From Promethearchaeota archaeon Loki_b31 (GTDB taxonomy: Archaea; Asgardarchaeota; Lokiarchaeia; Sigyniarchaeales; SOKP01), in contig NJBI01000008.1 in NCBI GenBank assembly GCA_005222975.1, positions 23,168-87,167 on the forward strand: DNA of 64,000 bases, written 5' to 3'. The translations under genes and the position numbers were made by a program. Positions 42,523-53,380 of the stretch are shown here, piece by piece. Positions within the stretch are counted from its first letter, which is position 1; the number at the start of each line of letters is the position of its first letter. The notes beneath the pieces are model-generated. The model was not told where the DNA came from, did no database searches, and was given only the letters and a program-made list of their open reading frames with translations.

Positions 42523-44059
42523 TTTTAGGTCATGGGAAAATAAAAACTTTTACCCGTAAGCGTTGAGAACGGTTTGAACTGAAATTCGCTTGCCTTCAGG
42601 GATTCTATACCTATTTTTTTCTTTTTACTATTTTTTATTAAATAACTATACAAAGGGCGTCCCGCAAGATTTGTGAATGGGATATATCCATATTCCACAA
42701 GGAAGGCGTGAAGCGTGTATAATTTATGACCATATTCCTTATCTCTCTGCTTTCTCCCAGCTCCATTCCTCTTAACTTGCGAATATTTGCTTTCTATCTT
42801 GTTGGTGGTGATGTGTTTTCCCTTAAAAATTGTGAATATTGGAGTGAGCAGTTGAATCATCCACTTTTTAGCGCCCGCCCGCATGGATAACTTATTGGTC
42901 TCGAAATTTACGAAAATTTTGGCAGTCCCTTCTTTCTAAAACGAATCGGATTGGTACTTCTCCAATTTTTGCCGCCATCGTTCGTTCTTATTTTGCGATG
43001 TATCTGATTTTCGAGGTCTGCCTCGTTTTGCTTGAACTTTTCCTTTAATAAACTTGATCTCCCAGTTAAACTTTAACTCGTGCTTATTGCGATAAAATGC
43101 TTTCCAGTGCGTATAGATCTTATAATGTAAAAAGTGAGGACCAAGCTTTTTATACTTGCTGATAATCACCTCTCCACGTTGCTTTTGGGCATGTAATTGA
43201 GCAACTTGAATTACTTTACTACCGAAAATTTTCGCGATTGCTTTATAGGAGGGCTCTCCATCGGTGATAAGGACTGTAAGTTTTTCTCTACACGCTTCAG
43301 GGATTTTATGGAACGCTTCAAGAATTAATTTCTTGAGATCGCCCTCATCTGCGAGTCCGATGGAAAGTGTTTCATAATCATTGTTGATAAATACAATTTC
43401 TGTATCAGAATTGCCTCAAGAGCCCATATAGATCTCATCCCCTAATATAACACCTCGCGGAAGTGCTTTTAATTTCTGCTCAATTACATCCAAATTTTGT
43501 TGAAATACTTGCGAAACAAACGATTTTTTAAATTTACTTAACTTATCTTGAGGAATTCCCCATTGTTTTGCTATTCCAGTGAGCGGATATTTTAAAACAA
43601 ACAGATCGTAAAGGATCATTTTAATTTTTTGTTGATAAAGTAATAAATTCCTCATTTCAATGTCCTTTCCAAACCGTTTCTCGCATTTTGAACACCTAAT
43701 CCTATGAACGCTCCTATCTTCTAAAGTATTAAATCCGTTATATGTGAGTGTGCCCAAGTGAGCACATATGTTTTGTGAATCTGATTTTGAATTCCGCTTC
43801 TTAGGACCAGAAAAAAATTTTTTCCGTATCTTTTTATCTATGTCGTGATAATTCATCATTTTCTTCTGCCAATTTTTTTTCTCTATTTAATATTGGGGAG
43901 CCCTTTTATTTTAATGTTTTCCTTGGAGCTGATGCTTTATACAACACAAAGATTGATAGATAACTGGACAAAAAAATAAGAGATCCAAAGATTTAAATGA
44001 TATCAAACTAAATTTTCACAAAATAAGAAAATAAAAAAAAATTTTGGCATGACCTAAAA
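42523..44059 (-). mobile_element. Insertion sequence (IS1/IS1595-like DDE), 1537 bp, TIR TTTTAGGTCATG(GG/CC)AAAAT, 12-bp TSD GGCATTAATGCT
   Basis: TIRs at 42523 and 44059; identical direct repeats at 42511-42522 and 44060-44071. Confidence 0.88.
42525..43859 (-). pseudogene. DDE transposase with two in-frame stops (TGA 43416-43418, TAG 42936-42938)
   Basis: Three ORF pieces in one frame; Zn ribbon CSKC; GDEIYMG, TDGEPSY and TTNKIES catalytic motifs. Confidence 0.85.
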
Positions 44060-44124
44060 GGCATTAATGCTGATATATTTTATATATTTAATATAAATAT
44101 GGGCTCAACGGAATAAATCATAAT

Positions 44125-46755
44125 ATGAAAGACAAATTTCAATTAGTCTTTGGAGCTTTATTGCACGATATTGGCAAGTTAGGGTATCGAGCGGGCGAGA
44201 GGGGGAGTCACGAAGAGATTGGCGCGAGAGTGACTCAAGAATACGACGATGTGCTCCCTAAAGTTAACAGCTTAATTTCTTTACACCATCAACGGGATAA
44301 CGGAAATGTTTTTGAGGGCGAAGGGTATAACCTCTTAAAAAAAGTTATTATTGCCGACTGGTTAGCGTCAGCAGAAAGGATAGAGGTCGAGGAAAGAAAA
44401 GAAGTGAGAAAAGTTGGACTGAGCCCTGTATTTTCTAAAATTAATCTTTTTAACAAAGAAATTAGTCGTCATAAATTTGTTTACTTAGGAAAAGAACTCG
44501 AGCTAAAAAACGGCTCTAAAGAGATATTCCCTTTAATAGAAAATGAAGCTTCAAGTTTATTAGAGCGTTATTTTTTAGGTAACTGGAATTTGTTCAAGAA
44601 AAAATTTCAAAGGGTAGGGGAATATAAAGACGATTTCGAGGCTTTATTTGACTTTTTGTATTCTCTTGTTAAAACGCATTTTAAATTCGTACCTTCTGCT
44701 GCTTATTTTGTCGAACCAGACGTTAGTCTTTTCGATCACTCAAAAATGGTCTGTGCGATCGCTCTTGCCATTCATAACTATTTTAAAGCGAAGTCAGTTG
44801 AAGAAAAAGAAGAAATAGCCGCTTTAAATAATTTAGGTAAATTACTGCAAGGTCTATATAGAGAGGGCGATCTATACAAAAAGGAAATAGAGAAGGATAA
44901 TAAGCTAAGAGAGGTATTTAAGAACGTTAAGTTTTTTGCCTTAATTCACGGCGATTTTTCCGGAATTCAGAAGTTTATCCATTTAATCAGTTCTAAGTCT
45001 GCTATGAAGACCTTAAAAGGAAGGTCCTTCTTTTTTACTCTGTTAACAGAGAATTTTGCGAGTTTTATCGTACAGCAATTAGACCTAACGGAAGCTAACA
45101 TTATATTTGCGGGAGGAGGTCATTTCTATATAATTAGTCATTGTTTTGACGAGCTGGAATCTAAAATAAGAGAGTTTAGTATCAAGATAAACGCTTTATT
45201 TATCGAGGAACTCAATTCCAGATTGTTTCTTGCTTTGGATTTCGTTCCCTTATCTGTTGAAAGTTTGAGAAACGGGATTTCTGAAATCTGGGACTCGGCA
45301 ACTAGAAAAACCTCGAATAAAAAGTTAAAGAAATTTAACGATATAATTAGTACTTCTGGTACTAACTATTTTTCGAAAATATTCGGTCCTGTTCACGATT
45401 CTGCGTTGAAAACAGAAAGATGCGTCGTTTGTAATTCGTATTCGGATTTAGAACCTATCGAAAGAGGTGGCGAGGACCAATGGTGTTCTCAGTGCAGAAG
45501 CTTTAAGGAGTTAACTGATAAATTAAAAAGTAGCAAATTTTATCGCATTACGCAAGATAGTCAAGAGAGTTATAACGATGTTTTAAAGGAATTTAACAAC
45601 GCTGTGGAGTTTGCCGACCTTAATACCGCGTCAAAAAAAGATTTAAAAACTTGGTGTTCGATAAATAACCCCTCCTTTGAAAAAACTATTGGCGACAAAC
45701 TGTTACCTATCGGATTTCCACTTAACGAAAATGACTCTATTATCGACAACGACCAATTAGGCGAGAAATCTAAAGAAAGGACAGGATTTAACAAAATCGC
45801 CGTATTAAAAATGGACGTCGATTCGTTAGGAAAAATTTTTCAAAGAGGCTTGCGAAAAAATTACAGTCTTTCTCGAGTATCTACTCTGAGTACTTCTTTA
45901 TCGTTATTTTTTAGGGGATACGTTTCAAAACTAGTAGAGACGAGCTATCCCAATTCTATCTATTTGATCTTTTCGGGAGGAGACGATCTTTTTGCTATGG
46001 GTGCCTGGGATAAAGTTATTGAATTTGCGTTTGAATTGTATCGAGCGTTTAGAAAGTTCACAGCTTACAATCCCGACATTACTTTAAGTGCTGGTATAGT
46101 TTTAGAAAGTCCTAAGTTTCGTATTATTCACGCTTCAATGGTAGCGGAGGAACAGTTGGATAACGCTAAGTATAGCGAACCTTATTCGAGCGAATTTAAC
46201 ACTAAAAATAAAATAACCCTATTTGGTTCGGTTTTAAAATGGGATTGGACCTTAGAAAAAGAACTAAAACATCTTCAATTGACCAAAGATTCTAAAGATA
46301 TTAAAACGCTTCGCAGAGAGCAAATTATCGAGGTCTTTGAGACAAAAGACGACGCCAAAATCAACGCGTTCCTTATCGATTGGCTTAACGACAAATCAGA
46401 ATTCGAACTCTCATTAATTTTAAAAGACGTTCTGACCTATCTGCTCGTAAAAAAGGATTTTTCTAAATCAATGCTCCACAAATTAGAAACTTCTATAATA
46501 GGAGTAAGAAAATTACTTGAAGATTCCTTAAAAAGAAAAGTTAACGTTCCAAAGTTATGGCGATTAAAATATTATTTGAGAAAGGTTTTAGGCTCAAAAG
46601 ACCGCGAAGTGAGGTTGTTGAGCCAATTTATTGTTTACGCTTTTGAAATAATAATTAAAAACAATTTGTTTAAGACCGATCCAAATTTACAAATTAAAAA
46701 CGTTGAATTCATAACTGTCGCAATAAAGTGGGCAGATTACTTAACCAGAAAATAA
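44125..46755 (+). CDS. cas10: Type III-A Cas10/Csm1 with HD nuclease and intact palm cyclase motif
   Basis: ALLHDIGK; DVSLFDHS; GDFSGIQKFI; KGRSF; CVVC..CSQC; MDVD.LG; SGGDD. Confidence 0.97.
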   Translation: MKDKFQLVFGALLHDIGKLGYRAGERGSHEEIGARVTQEYDDVLPKVNSLISLHHQRDNGNVFEGEGYNLLKKVIIADWLASAERIEVEERKEVRKVGLSPVFSKINLFNKEISRHKFVYLGKELELKNGSKEIFPLIENEASSLLERYFLGNWNLFKKKFQRVGEYKDDFEALFDFLYSLVKTHFKFVPSAAYFVEPDVSLFDHSKMVCAIALAIHNYFKAKSVEEKEEIAALNNLGKLLQGLYREGDLYKKEIEKDNKLREVFKNVKFFALIHGDFSGIQKFIHLISSKSAMKTLKGRSFFFTLLTENFASFIVQQLDLTEANIIFAGGGHFYIISHCFDELESKIREFSIKINALFIEELNSRLFLALDFVPLSVESLRNGISEIWDSATRKTSNKKLKKFNDIISTSGTNYFSKIFGPVHDSALKTERCVVCNSYSDLEPIERGGEDQWCSQCRSFKELTDKLKSSKFYRITQDSQESYNDVLKEFNNAVEFADLNTASKKDLKTWCSINNPSFEKTIGDKLLPIGFPLNENDSIIDNDQLGEKSKERTGFNKIAVLKMDVDSLGKIFQRGLRKNYSLSRVSTLSTSLSLFFRGYVSKLVETSYPNSIYLIFSGGDDLFAMGAWDKVIEFAFELYRAFRKFTAYNPDITLSAGIVLESPKFRIIHASMVAEEQLDNAKYSEPYSSEFNTKNKITLFGSVLKWDWTLEKELKHLQLTKDSKDIKTLRREQIIEVFETKDDAKINAFLIDWLNDKSEFELSLILKDVLTYLLVKKDFSKSMLHKLETSIIGVRKLLEDSLKRKVNVPKLWRLKYYLRKVLGSKDREVRLLSQFIVYAFEIIIKNNLFKTDPNLQIKNVEFITVAIKWADYLTRK

Positions 46756-46825
46756 AACATAATTTAATAAAAAATAATAAAACAATTAAAAACGAGGAAA
46801 AATTACGTATTTTAGTAGATGAAAA

Positions 46826-47257
46826 ATGTCGTATAAAAGTAAAAGAAATTATGATGGTAGAAAAGACGACCGTGGAAATTCTGGGAATCAATTAGTTTTA
46901 GATATTAAGCGAAACGCCGAAAATATTTTAACGGAAGAAGATATAGAAAAATTTATAGATCTCAGCGAGAGGTTTGGAACGTACTGTGCCAAAAACGGTA
47001 TTTCAACGTCGCAAATTCGGGGAATATTTCAGAAAGTTAAACGATTACCGGACGATTTTGAAAGCTCGAAAAAAGAGTTGAATTTGTTGCGTCCAAAATT
47101 AGCGTATCAAAAAGGCAGGTTTTCAAAATTAGGGCCGTTGACAGAAGTTTTAGACGATTTAATTAAAAAAGTAAAAGACGATTCTACTTTAAAAGGGTTT
47201 AAGAATTTCTTTGAAGCAATTATCGCGTACCATAAAGCTGCTGGAGGTGCAGAATAA
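46826..47257 (+). CDS. csm2: Csm2 small subunit
   Basis: STSQIR, LRPKLAY and FFEAIIAYHK motifs. Confidence 0.95.
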   Translation: MSYKSKRNYDGRKDDRGNSGNQLVLDIKRNAENILTEEDIEKFIDLSERFGTYCAKNGISTSQIRGIFQKVKRLPDDFESSKKELNLLRPKLAYQKGRFSKLGPLTEVLDDLIKKVKDDSTLKGFKNFFEAIIAYHKAAGGAE

Positions 47258-47258
47258 A

Positions 47259-48050
47259 ATGGAAAAGTATCAATTAAAAGGAAAAATAATAATAAAAGGC
47301 AAAATTGTAGTAAAAACAGGTTTAGCAATTGGGGGAAGCACCACTTCGTTAGATATTGGAGGTATGGATTCTCCGGTAATTAAAGACGGAAAAGGCGTTC
47401 CTTATATCCCTGGAAGCTCGATAAAAGGCAAATTAAGAAGTCTATTGGAGCAATCCTACTACCCACTCCGAGCTAAAGATCAAAAAGATGGAAAAGGGTA
47501 TTTTCATCCATCGCAGAGTATTCACATGTTTGATAACAATACCATTGACTCAATAATGAGAATTTTTGGAGCTCCTGACACGAAGGAACCCGTGAGATGT
47601 ATTTTCCGAGACGCGTATCTCGACTACGACCATTTCGAAAAAAATCGAGAGGAGTTATTCAAGAGTCTAGAATTAACATTTACGGAAGACAAGATAGAAA
47701 ACGTTATCGATCGAATATCCGCCAGAGCTATGCCAAGACACTTAGAGCGCGTTCCTATGGGAGCATATTTTGATTTTGAAATCATTTTCGACTTATTCTC
47801 AGAAGAAGACAAAGAACTTTTGAAAACGCTATTTCAAGGATTAAGACTCCTCGAGGACGATTACTTAGGAGGGAGCGGGTCGAGAGGTAGTGGAAAGGTC
47901 TCGTTTGTAGGGATGTCTATGTTATACCGGTCAATTGACTACTACAAAAACGAGCAAAAAGAAACGAGTTTAGTCGATAAAGAATTCAATCTTAAAGATA
48001 TAGAAAGCGAAGATTGGTTTGCGAATGTTATTGGTAAAATTAATATCTAA
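47259..48050 (+). CDS. csm3: Csm3 (Cas7) RNase backbone subunit
   Basis: TGLAIGG, GGMDSPVI (catalytic Asp), PYIPGSSIKGKLR and YLGGSGSRGSG; GGAGGTG RBS before ATG 47259. Confidence 0.95.
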   Translation: MEKYQLKGKIIIKGKIVVKTGLAIGGSTTSLDIGGMDSPVIKDGKGVPYIPGSSIKGKLRSLLEQSYYPLRAKDQKDGKGYFHPSQSIHMFDNNTIDSIMRIFGAPDTKEPVRCIFRDAYLDYDHFEKNREELFKSLELTFTEDKIENVIDRISARAMPRHLERVPMGAYFDFEIIFDLFSEEDKELLKTLFQGLRLLEDDYLGGSGSRGSGKVSFVGMSMLYRSIDYYKNEQKETSLVDKEFNLKDIESEDWFANVIGKINI

Positions 48051-49194
48051 GCGCAGGAACTATTTCAGCATTGGAAAGGACTATACAAATAGTACTAGCG
48101 TTGTAGTCCATAGTGACACTTTATTCAGTGCCATCTGCAATAATTTACGCCTTATCTACGGAAGAAGCGTCTTAGAAGACTTTTTGGCCGCGATATCAGA
48201 GAGCTCTGCCGTTAATAAAACGCCGTTCCGAATTTCTTCTTGCTTTCATTACGTTGACGTTTATAGAGAAAACGAGTTAGTAAATACCCTTTATTTTTTG
48301 CCAAAACCGTCGATTAGACTACCGTTTGATCCTGTATCTCAACAGAATCTCAACGAGAGTTCAAAACTATTTAAAAAAATTGAGTTTGTCTCTTTTGAAA
48401 TCGTTAAAAAACTACAACAAAACAAAGAAATATCTTTTTCTCGATATCACATACTTGACAAAAAATATTTATTGGACGATAAAGATTTAAAAGACTTAGG
48501 CTTAGAGAAATTCTTAAAGCCTTCAGATGAATCCTTCCCAAGCGATTACAAAGCAATTAATAAGCAAATCTCTATTTTTGAAATCTTAACCGAACAGAAA
48601 GTAAGCATAAGCCGTCTTCGAAAAGAGTCGCAGCCGTATCTTTGGCAAAAAATGAGGTTTAGAAAATCTCGCTATTACATTAAAGATGATGGTAAGCGAA
48701 TTTATTACGAGTTAATTCCCAGCTTTTATTTTCTATTTGATTGTTCTGAATTAGAAGACCATTATTTAAAGAAAATAACAGCGGCCTTGCGACTTATCGC
48801 AGACCAAGGGCTCGGGGGGAAGCGGAGTCTTGGAAGTGGGCTGGTAGACAAAGTAGAATTTATCGAAATAGACGCAAACTTTCCACACTGTACTTTATTT
48901 GAGCAAAAGAAGGATGGTTTGCTCGTAAACATTTCTTTAGTGTTCCCCACGATAGAAGATATGGAAAAGATTTTATATTTTAAACTGTTCGGACGGAGCG
49001 GGTACATTTATTCTCCAGAATCTAGCTCTATACGCTTTAACGACCTTAAGTTCGTTGAGGAGGGGTCAATTTTCGACGAAGAGGTTCCGGGAAAACTAGT
49101 TCAAGTTGCTTCCGAAAAATTTAAATCGGAAAATCACGAAGTCTATAAGAACGGAATAGGTTTTTACGTAAATATAGGAAGTATAGAGGGGTAA
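48025..49194 (+). CDS. csm4: Csm4 (Cas5 group)
   Basis: HSDTLFSA, FLPKP, GLGGKRSLGSG and RSGY..EGS motifs. Confidence 0.93.
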   Translation: MLLVKLISKRRNYFSIGKDYTNSTSVVVHSDTLFSAICNNLRLIYGRSVLEDFLAAISESSAVNKTPFRISSCFHYVDVYRENELVNTLYFLPKPSIRLPFDPVSQQNLNESSKLFKKIEFVSFEIVKKLQQNKEISFSRYHILDKKYLLDDKDLKDLGLEKFLKPSDESFPSDYKAINKQISIFEILTEQKVSISRLRKESQPYLWQKMRFRKSRYYIKDDGKRIYYELIPSFYFLFDCSELEDHYLKKITAALRLIADQGLGGKRSLGSGLVDKVEFIEIDANFPHCTLFEQKKDGLLVNISLVFPTIEDMEKILYFKLFGRSGYIYSPESSSIRFNDLKFVEEGSIFDEEVPGKLVQVASEKFKSENHEVYKNGIGFYVNIGSIEG

Positions 49195-49201
49195 TAACAA
49201 A

Positions 49202-50509
49202 ATGAAGCGTACGAGTTTTTCAGAAGAATCCGGTTCTGACAAATTAGAAATTACGGGCTTATCTCCGATTTACATAGGTTCTGGCGACAAGTACTCGCAA
49301 CTCGATTACGTTAGCGATGGGAACAAAATTCATGTCATTGATTTCAGTAAGATTTTAGATCACATTCCCTTAGAATCAATTGACGACTTTACAAACGAAA
49401 TTAACGCAAATTTCAAAAATAATGTTTGGAGAGGCGAAGTAAAAGAGTTTTTAAAAAATTACAACGTTGATTGGAAAGATTATGTGGAAAAAAGTTACGA
49501 TTTGGTCGGAGAAATCGGTAAAAACGAAATTAATCAATTTGTAAAAACCTCAGATCAAATCTATATTCCGGGTTCGAGCGTTAAAGGAGCGATAAGAACT
49601 TCAATTCTGTATCAAATTTTAAAAAACCACCCCAACAAAAGAGCTCAGATTTCCGATTATATTAGTCGCAGCTATAGACCTCGAGATCGAGACCTCCAAC
49701 GGCTATTACGTTCTGATGGTAAGACGGATTTGTTGAGGGCTTTAATCGTTTCCGATTCAACGCTTAAGGACAGGCGCTCTTTCACTAAAGTAGTTAAATC
49801 AAACGTTTATCACTTAAGAGAAAGAGAATTGCAATCGCCGATTTTTAACGAGATACTAGGTAAAGACTTCAAGAGTAGCGGTTTCATAAAAATAAACGAT
49901 AAATTGGTCGATTCGGGTTATTTGATCTCTAATTTCTTTTCGCTTAAAAAGGAAGCGATTTTAGAGGCTATAAACTTATTTTCTCGCGAAATCATTGAAC
50001 AAGAGCTCCAACAATTTAGAGACCAAGATGATGAGAACTTAACCGAAATCGTAAGATTTTACAATGGTTTAACAGATCAGATTGAATCGATGAAAGACAA
50101 TGAGTGCGCTCTTCGTTTGGGGCAAGGTTCGAGCTTTATTGCGATCACTATGTTCTTACAATTTAAAGACAACTTTAATTGGATAAAGCGACTTACAAAT
50201 CTTGAAGTTTACACTTTTAACGCACCTGATCGTCAGGATAGAAGATATGCGATCGCTAGAGATCGCGGATTTACGGTTTTACCAGATCGCAACTCGGAGC
50301 ACAAACCAAGATTTGGTTTGAACGAGAAGTGGTTATGTAAAGCGATAAGAACTATACAACAAAAGAAAATTAAAATAGTATCGTTAATCGAACAAGTTAG
50401 TGGAGAATTCAACTTTAAAAACATAGTGTACCCGATTACGCGTAAATTCGTAGTTTCAGGCGATAAACCGATCTTACCGTACGGGTGGGTGAAGTTAAAA
50501 TGGGGTTAA
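49202..50509 (+). CDS. csm5: Csm5 (Cas7 group) with a C-terminal beta-rich insertion
   Basis: LSPIYIGSG, YIPGSSVKGAIRT, LRLGQGS and P.TRK....PYGWV motifs. Confidence 0.92.
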   Translation: MKRTSFSEESGSDKLEITGLSPIYIGSGDKYSQLDYVSDGNKIHVIDFSKILDHIPLESIDDFTNEINANFKNNVWRGEVKEFLKNYNVDWKDYVEKSYDLVGEIGKNEINQFVKTSDQIYIPGSSVKGAIRTSILYQILKNHPNKRAQISDYISRSYRPRDRDLQRLLRSDGKTDLLRALIVSDSTLKDRRSFTKVVKSNVYHLRERELQSPIFNEILGKDFKSSGFIKINDKLVDSGYLISNFFSLKKEAILEAINLFSREIIEQELQQFRDQDDENLTEIVRFYNGLTDQIESMKDNECALRLGQGSSFIAITMFLQFKDNFNWIKRLTNLEVYTFNAPDRQDRRYAIARDRGFTVLPDRNSEHKPRFGLNEKWLCKAIRTIQQKKIKIVSLIEQVSGEFNFKNIVYPITRKFVVSGDKPILPYGWVKLKWG

Positions 50510-50556
50510 ATTTGAAAGATAGATGACCGTTTAAAATTTGTATAGGGGGGTAAAAT

Positions 50557-52023
50557 GTGATACTTATAGCCAATATTGGGAATAGGGACGTTCTATACAA
50601 GGGAGTTCCGTTAAAAAACAATAATTTCCGACGGGAAAGCGAAGCGTTATTAAAAAATTACGAGCTTGAGAAAGATAATCTTTCCTTTCCGATACTATCT
50701 CTCTATCTCGAGACTTTTAAAGACAAATTAAAGAGAATTTATCTATTTGTAACCAATCAAGAAGACGAGCGATACCGACCTTCCGATACTCTTTTTTTAG
50801 GTAGTATAATTAAATTATGGGTCAAAGAGATGTATAATGTTAGCGTAAACGTGGTAGATTACGTTTTAAATCCCACAGATTACGAACTTACGTATAGATA
50901 TTTTACTAATTACTTCTTACAAGAAAGAAGCGTTTTTGACAGAGCGGAAAAGCGTTTAATTTCTTTATCGGGTGGAACGCCCCAAATGAACGGCGCTCTT
51001 TACGTTATATTATCTTCGATCTACCCTCAAAATAACGAATTTTATAGCGTAGAACAAGGCAATTTAATTCCTGTTAATCACGAAAAAACAATTAATAAAA
51101 TTTACGCAAAGAAAGCAAGTAGTGAACTGTTGCGGATTTATCAATATCATTCAATCGTGCGATTATTAGAAAGGTATAGCTTATCAAGAACTAAATCGCT
51201 CGTGTTTTTGTTGAAATACGCCCATTTCAGGAGAAACTTTAACTTTGAAGAAGCTAAAAACAATTTAGCCGAGTTTAAAAAAACAATTCCGAGCGCTCAA
51301 CACAAGGATTATGATTTCCTCGATTTAGATGACGTTGTTTCCCCGAAGAATTTAATCAAAGAACTTTTCTGGAGGATCGAAATTTGCTATAAAAACCATA
51401 ATTATTTGTTTTTAATCGCGTTATTGTTTCGATTAGAAGAGGCTCTTTTGTTCGAAATAGTTAATTACTTATTTAAAGACGATTATAAGAAAGATTTTAA
51501 GGATCGAAAAGAGACCCACTCTGAATTCGTAGCGTATTTAGAGAACAACGAAAAGAATTTATGGAACAACTTGAAAGAAACTACGGTTAAAGGACAAAAA
51601 TTGCTAGTAAATCCTAACGATCTAAATCGAATTGTTCTATTTTTTATTGCTTACTACAAATGCAAAGAGTTAGAAAGTAAGGGAGTTTATATTCACCAAG
51701 TTAGATACATTTTAGATATTTTAGATAAAATTAATAAATATCGCTACGACGAGGAGGGTCGCAAGGAGTTTTACGGAGACCAGCTCGGAAGCAAGTGTTT
51801 AGGGGATTTACGAAACAAATCTCTAATCGCTCACGGTTTTGAACCTGTTTCTAAAGAAGTTATTGAGGAATTATATAACGAGCAATTAGATAAATTTTTC
51901 AATAATTTAAAAGCAAAAATAGAAAATTTGCTCGGGCTATTTTTAGGGGAGAAATCGCCTAAGATTAATAATATTTTCAAGACAATTAACGAAAAATTAT
52001 CGGTCTTAATTAAAGATTTATAA
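50557..52023 (+). CDS. csm6: CARF-helical-HEPN ancillary RNase (Csm6/Csx1-like)
   Basis: N-terminal CARF (IANIGNRD; LSGGTPQM); C-terminal HEPN motif LRNKSLIAHG. Confidence 0.85.
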   Translation: MILIANIGNRDVLYKGVPLKNNNFRRESEALLKNYELEKDNLSFPILSLYLETFKDKLKRIYLFVTNQEDERYRPSDTLFLGSIIKLWVKEMYNVSVNVVDYVLNPTDYELTYRYFTNYFLQERSVFDRAEKRLISLSGGTPQMNGALYVILSSIYPQNNEFYSVEQGNLIPVNHEKTINKIYAKKASSELLRIYQYHSIVRLLERYSLSRTKSLVFLLKYAHFRRNFNFEEAKNNLAEFKKTIPSAQHKDYDFLDLDDVVSPKNLIKELFWRIEICYKNHNYLFLIALLFRLEEALLFEIVNYLFKDDYKKDFKDRKETHSEFVAYLENNEKNLWNNLKETTVKGQKLLVNPNDLNRIVLFFIAYYKCKELESKGVYIHQVRYILDILDKINKYRYDEEGRKEFYGDQLGSKCLGDLRNKSLIAHGFEPVSKEVIEELYNEQLDKFFNNLKAKIENLLGLFLGEKSPKINNIFKTINEKLSVLIKDL

Positions 52024-52049
52024 TTAATCAAAAGGATTTATTAACCAAT

Positions 52050-52724
52050 ATGAAATTACAAATTTTAAATCTTTTTCTCGTTGTAGACAGGGAGATCGAA
52101 GAGACTTCTAGAAAATTGCGAGGGTTTATTGGAGAAAAATTCGCGAGCTATCACGAGCTTCATCACCATTTAAATTCTCTCGATCGTAGGAAGTTAAAAT
52201 ACGAGTATCCAAAAATCCAATATAACGTTCATCGAGATAAAGCAATTATTTTAGGGATAGGTGAAAATAACATCTCGATTTTAAGAAACATCGTGCTAAC
52301 CCTTAAAGAATTGCGTTTAGGACGCAACACTTACGAGATTCGAGAAATAAAAGCTCATTACAGCGAACCTGAGTTTAAAATTACGGAAAAAAACGAGTTA
52401 AAGCTTTATTCTTTTCGCACTCCGTGGATTGCCCTCAACGAAAAAAACTATAAGCAGTACAAAGACGCCTCGATCAAGTCAAAACGCACCCTGTTAAAAA
52501 AAATTTTGATCGGAAACATTCTTTCCGCGTCAAAAAGCTTTGAATATACCGTACCCGCAACAATTAGCGTGGAATTAGACATATACCCGTTAAAAGTTAC
52601 GTACAAAGGCGTAGACCTTGTGGGTTTTAAAGGGAACTTCGAGACTAACTTCCTCATACCTGATTATTTTGGATTAGGAAAAGCCGTATCGCACGGCTAC
52701 GGCACCTTAAAACGGGTAGAGTAG
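52050..52724 (+). CDS. cas6: Cas6 (Cas6b-like) crRNA endoribonuclease
   Basis: KLRGF, YEYPKIQY and TPWIALN motifs; GLGKAVSHGYG G-rich loop. Confidence 0.93.
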   Translation: MKLQILNLFLVVDREIEETSRKLRGFIGEKFASYHELHHHLNSLDRRKLKYEYPKIQYNVHRDKAIILGIGENNISILRNIVLTLKELRLGRNTYEIREIKAHYSEPEFKITEKNELKLYSFRTPWIALNEKNYKQYKDASIKSKRTLLKKILIGNILSASKSFEYTVPATISVELDIYPLKVTYKGVDLVGFKGNFETNFLIPDYFGLGKAVSHGYGTLKRVE

Positions 52725-52847
52725 TGACCTTTTTAGTGGTACCTTATAGATTTTTTTAAATCAACCAATTTAAGTTTCCCGATTTCGTTATTTTATTAAA
52801 TTCCTGATTTTTTGCTTTCGTAATTCTTCATTATTGCAATAAAAAAC

Positions 52848-53380
52848 TATATTTAAAGTATTTAAACCATTTCGAGGATCGAATTATTTATTTTTACGAT
52901 TTTGTATAAGCTAACAATTTAATTTAATTCAACACCTCAATGAGAGCTTTTTGTTAAGGAGAAGTCTACTCGATCGAGCATTTCTCGATAAAAAAGCCGG
53001 AAAACAAAGATAGGCGATGGTCGTATGAATTCTAAAATTCTTTAATTTAAGCAGACTAATATAAAAACAACTAGCTAATATTGAGACCAAAAAGAGCTTG
53101 CGAGCGTTTTCCTCGAACCAAATTTCGCCGAATTTCTTTAAATATCAAACGCGAAATTTTTAATGTTCGAAATCTTTTTGTTTACAACAACTCACATATC
53201 AAAAGATATGAAAAAGAATTCTCGAACGATAGACCTCGGCTCGAGAAAAAATCGTATAGAATCCTTAGAACTCGCTCAAAAATCAAAAGAATAGAAATAG
53301 GACGCCAACAACGAGTTAATTACTGCTCTTTAACAAAATTTAAATAGTGCCTTAGCGTATTATATTATTAAAAAATTAAG
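52848..53380 (+). promoter_or_regulatory. Leader of array 2
   Basis: Abuts the first repeat at 53381; inverted homolog of 41827-42360. Confidence 0.85.

Noticed and set aside
31364-43418. Stop-codon reassignment or Sec/Pyl readthrough
   Set aside because: The interruptions use all three stop codons, each of which also ends normal genes here; nonsense mutation is simpler
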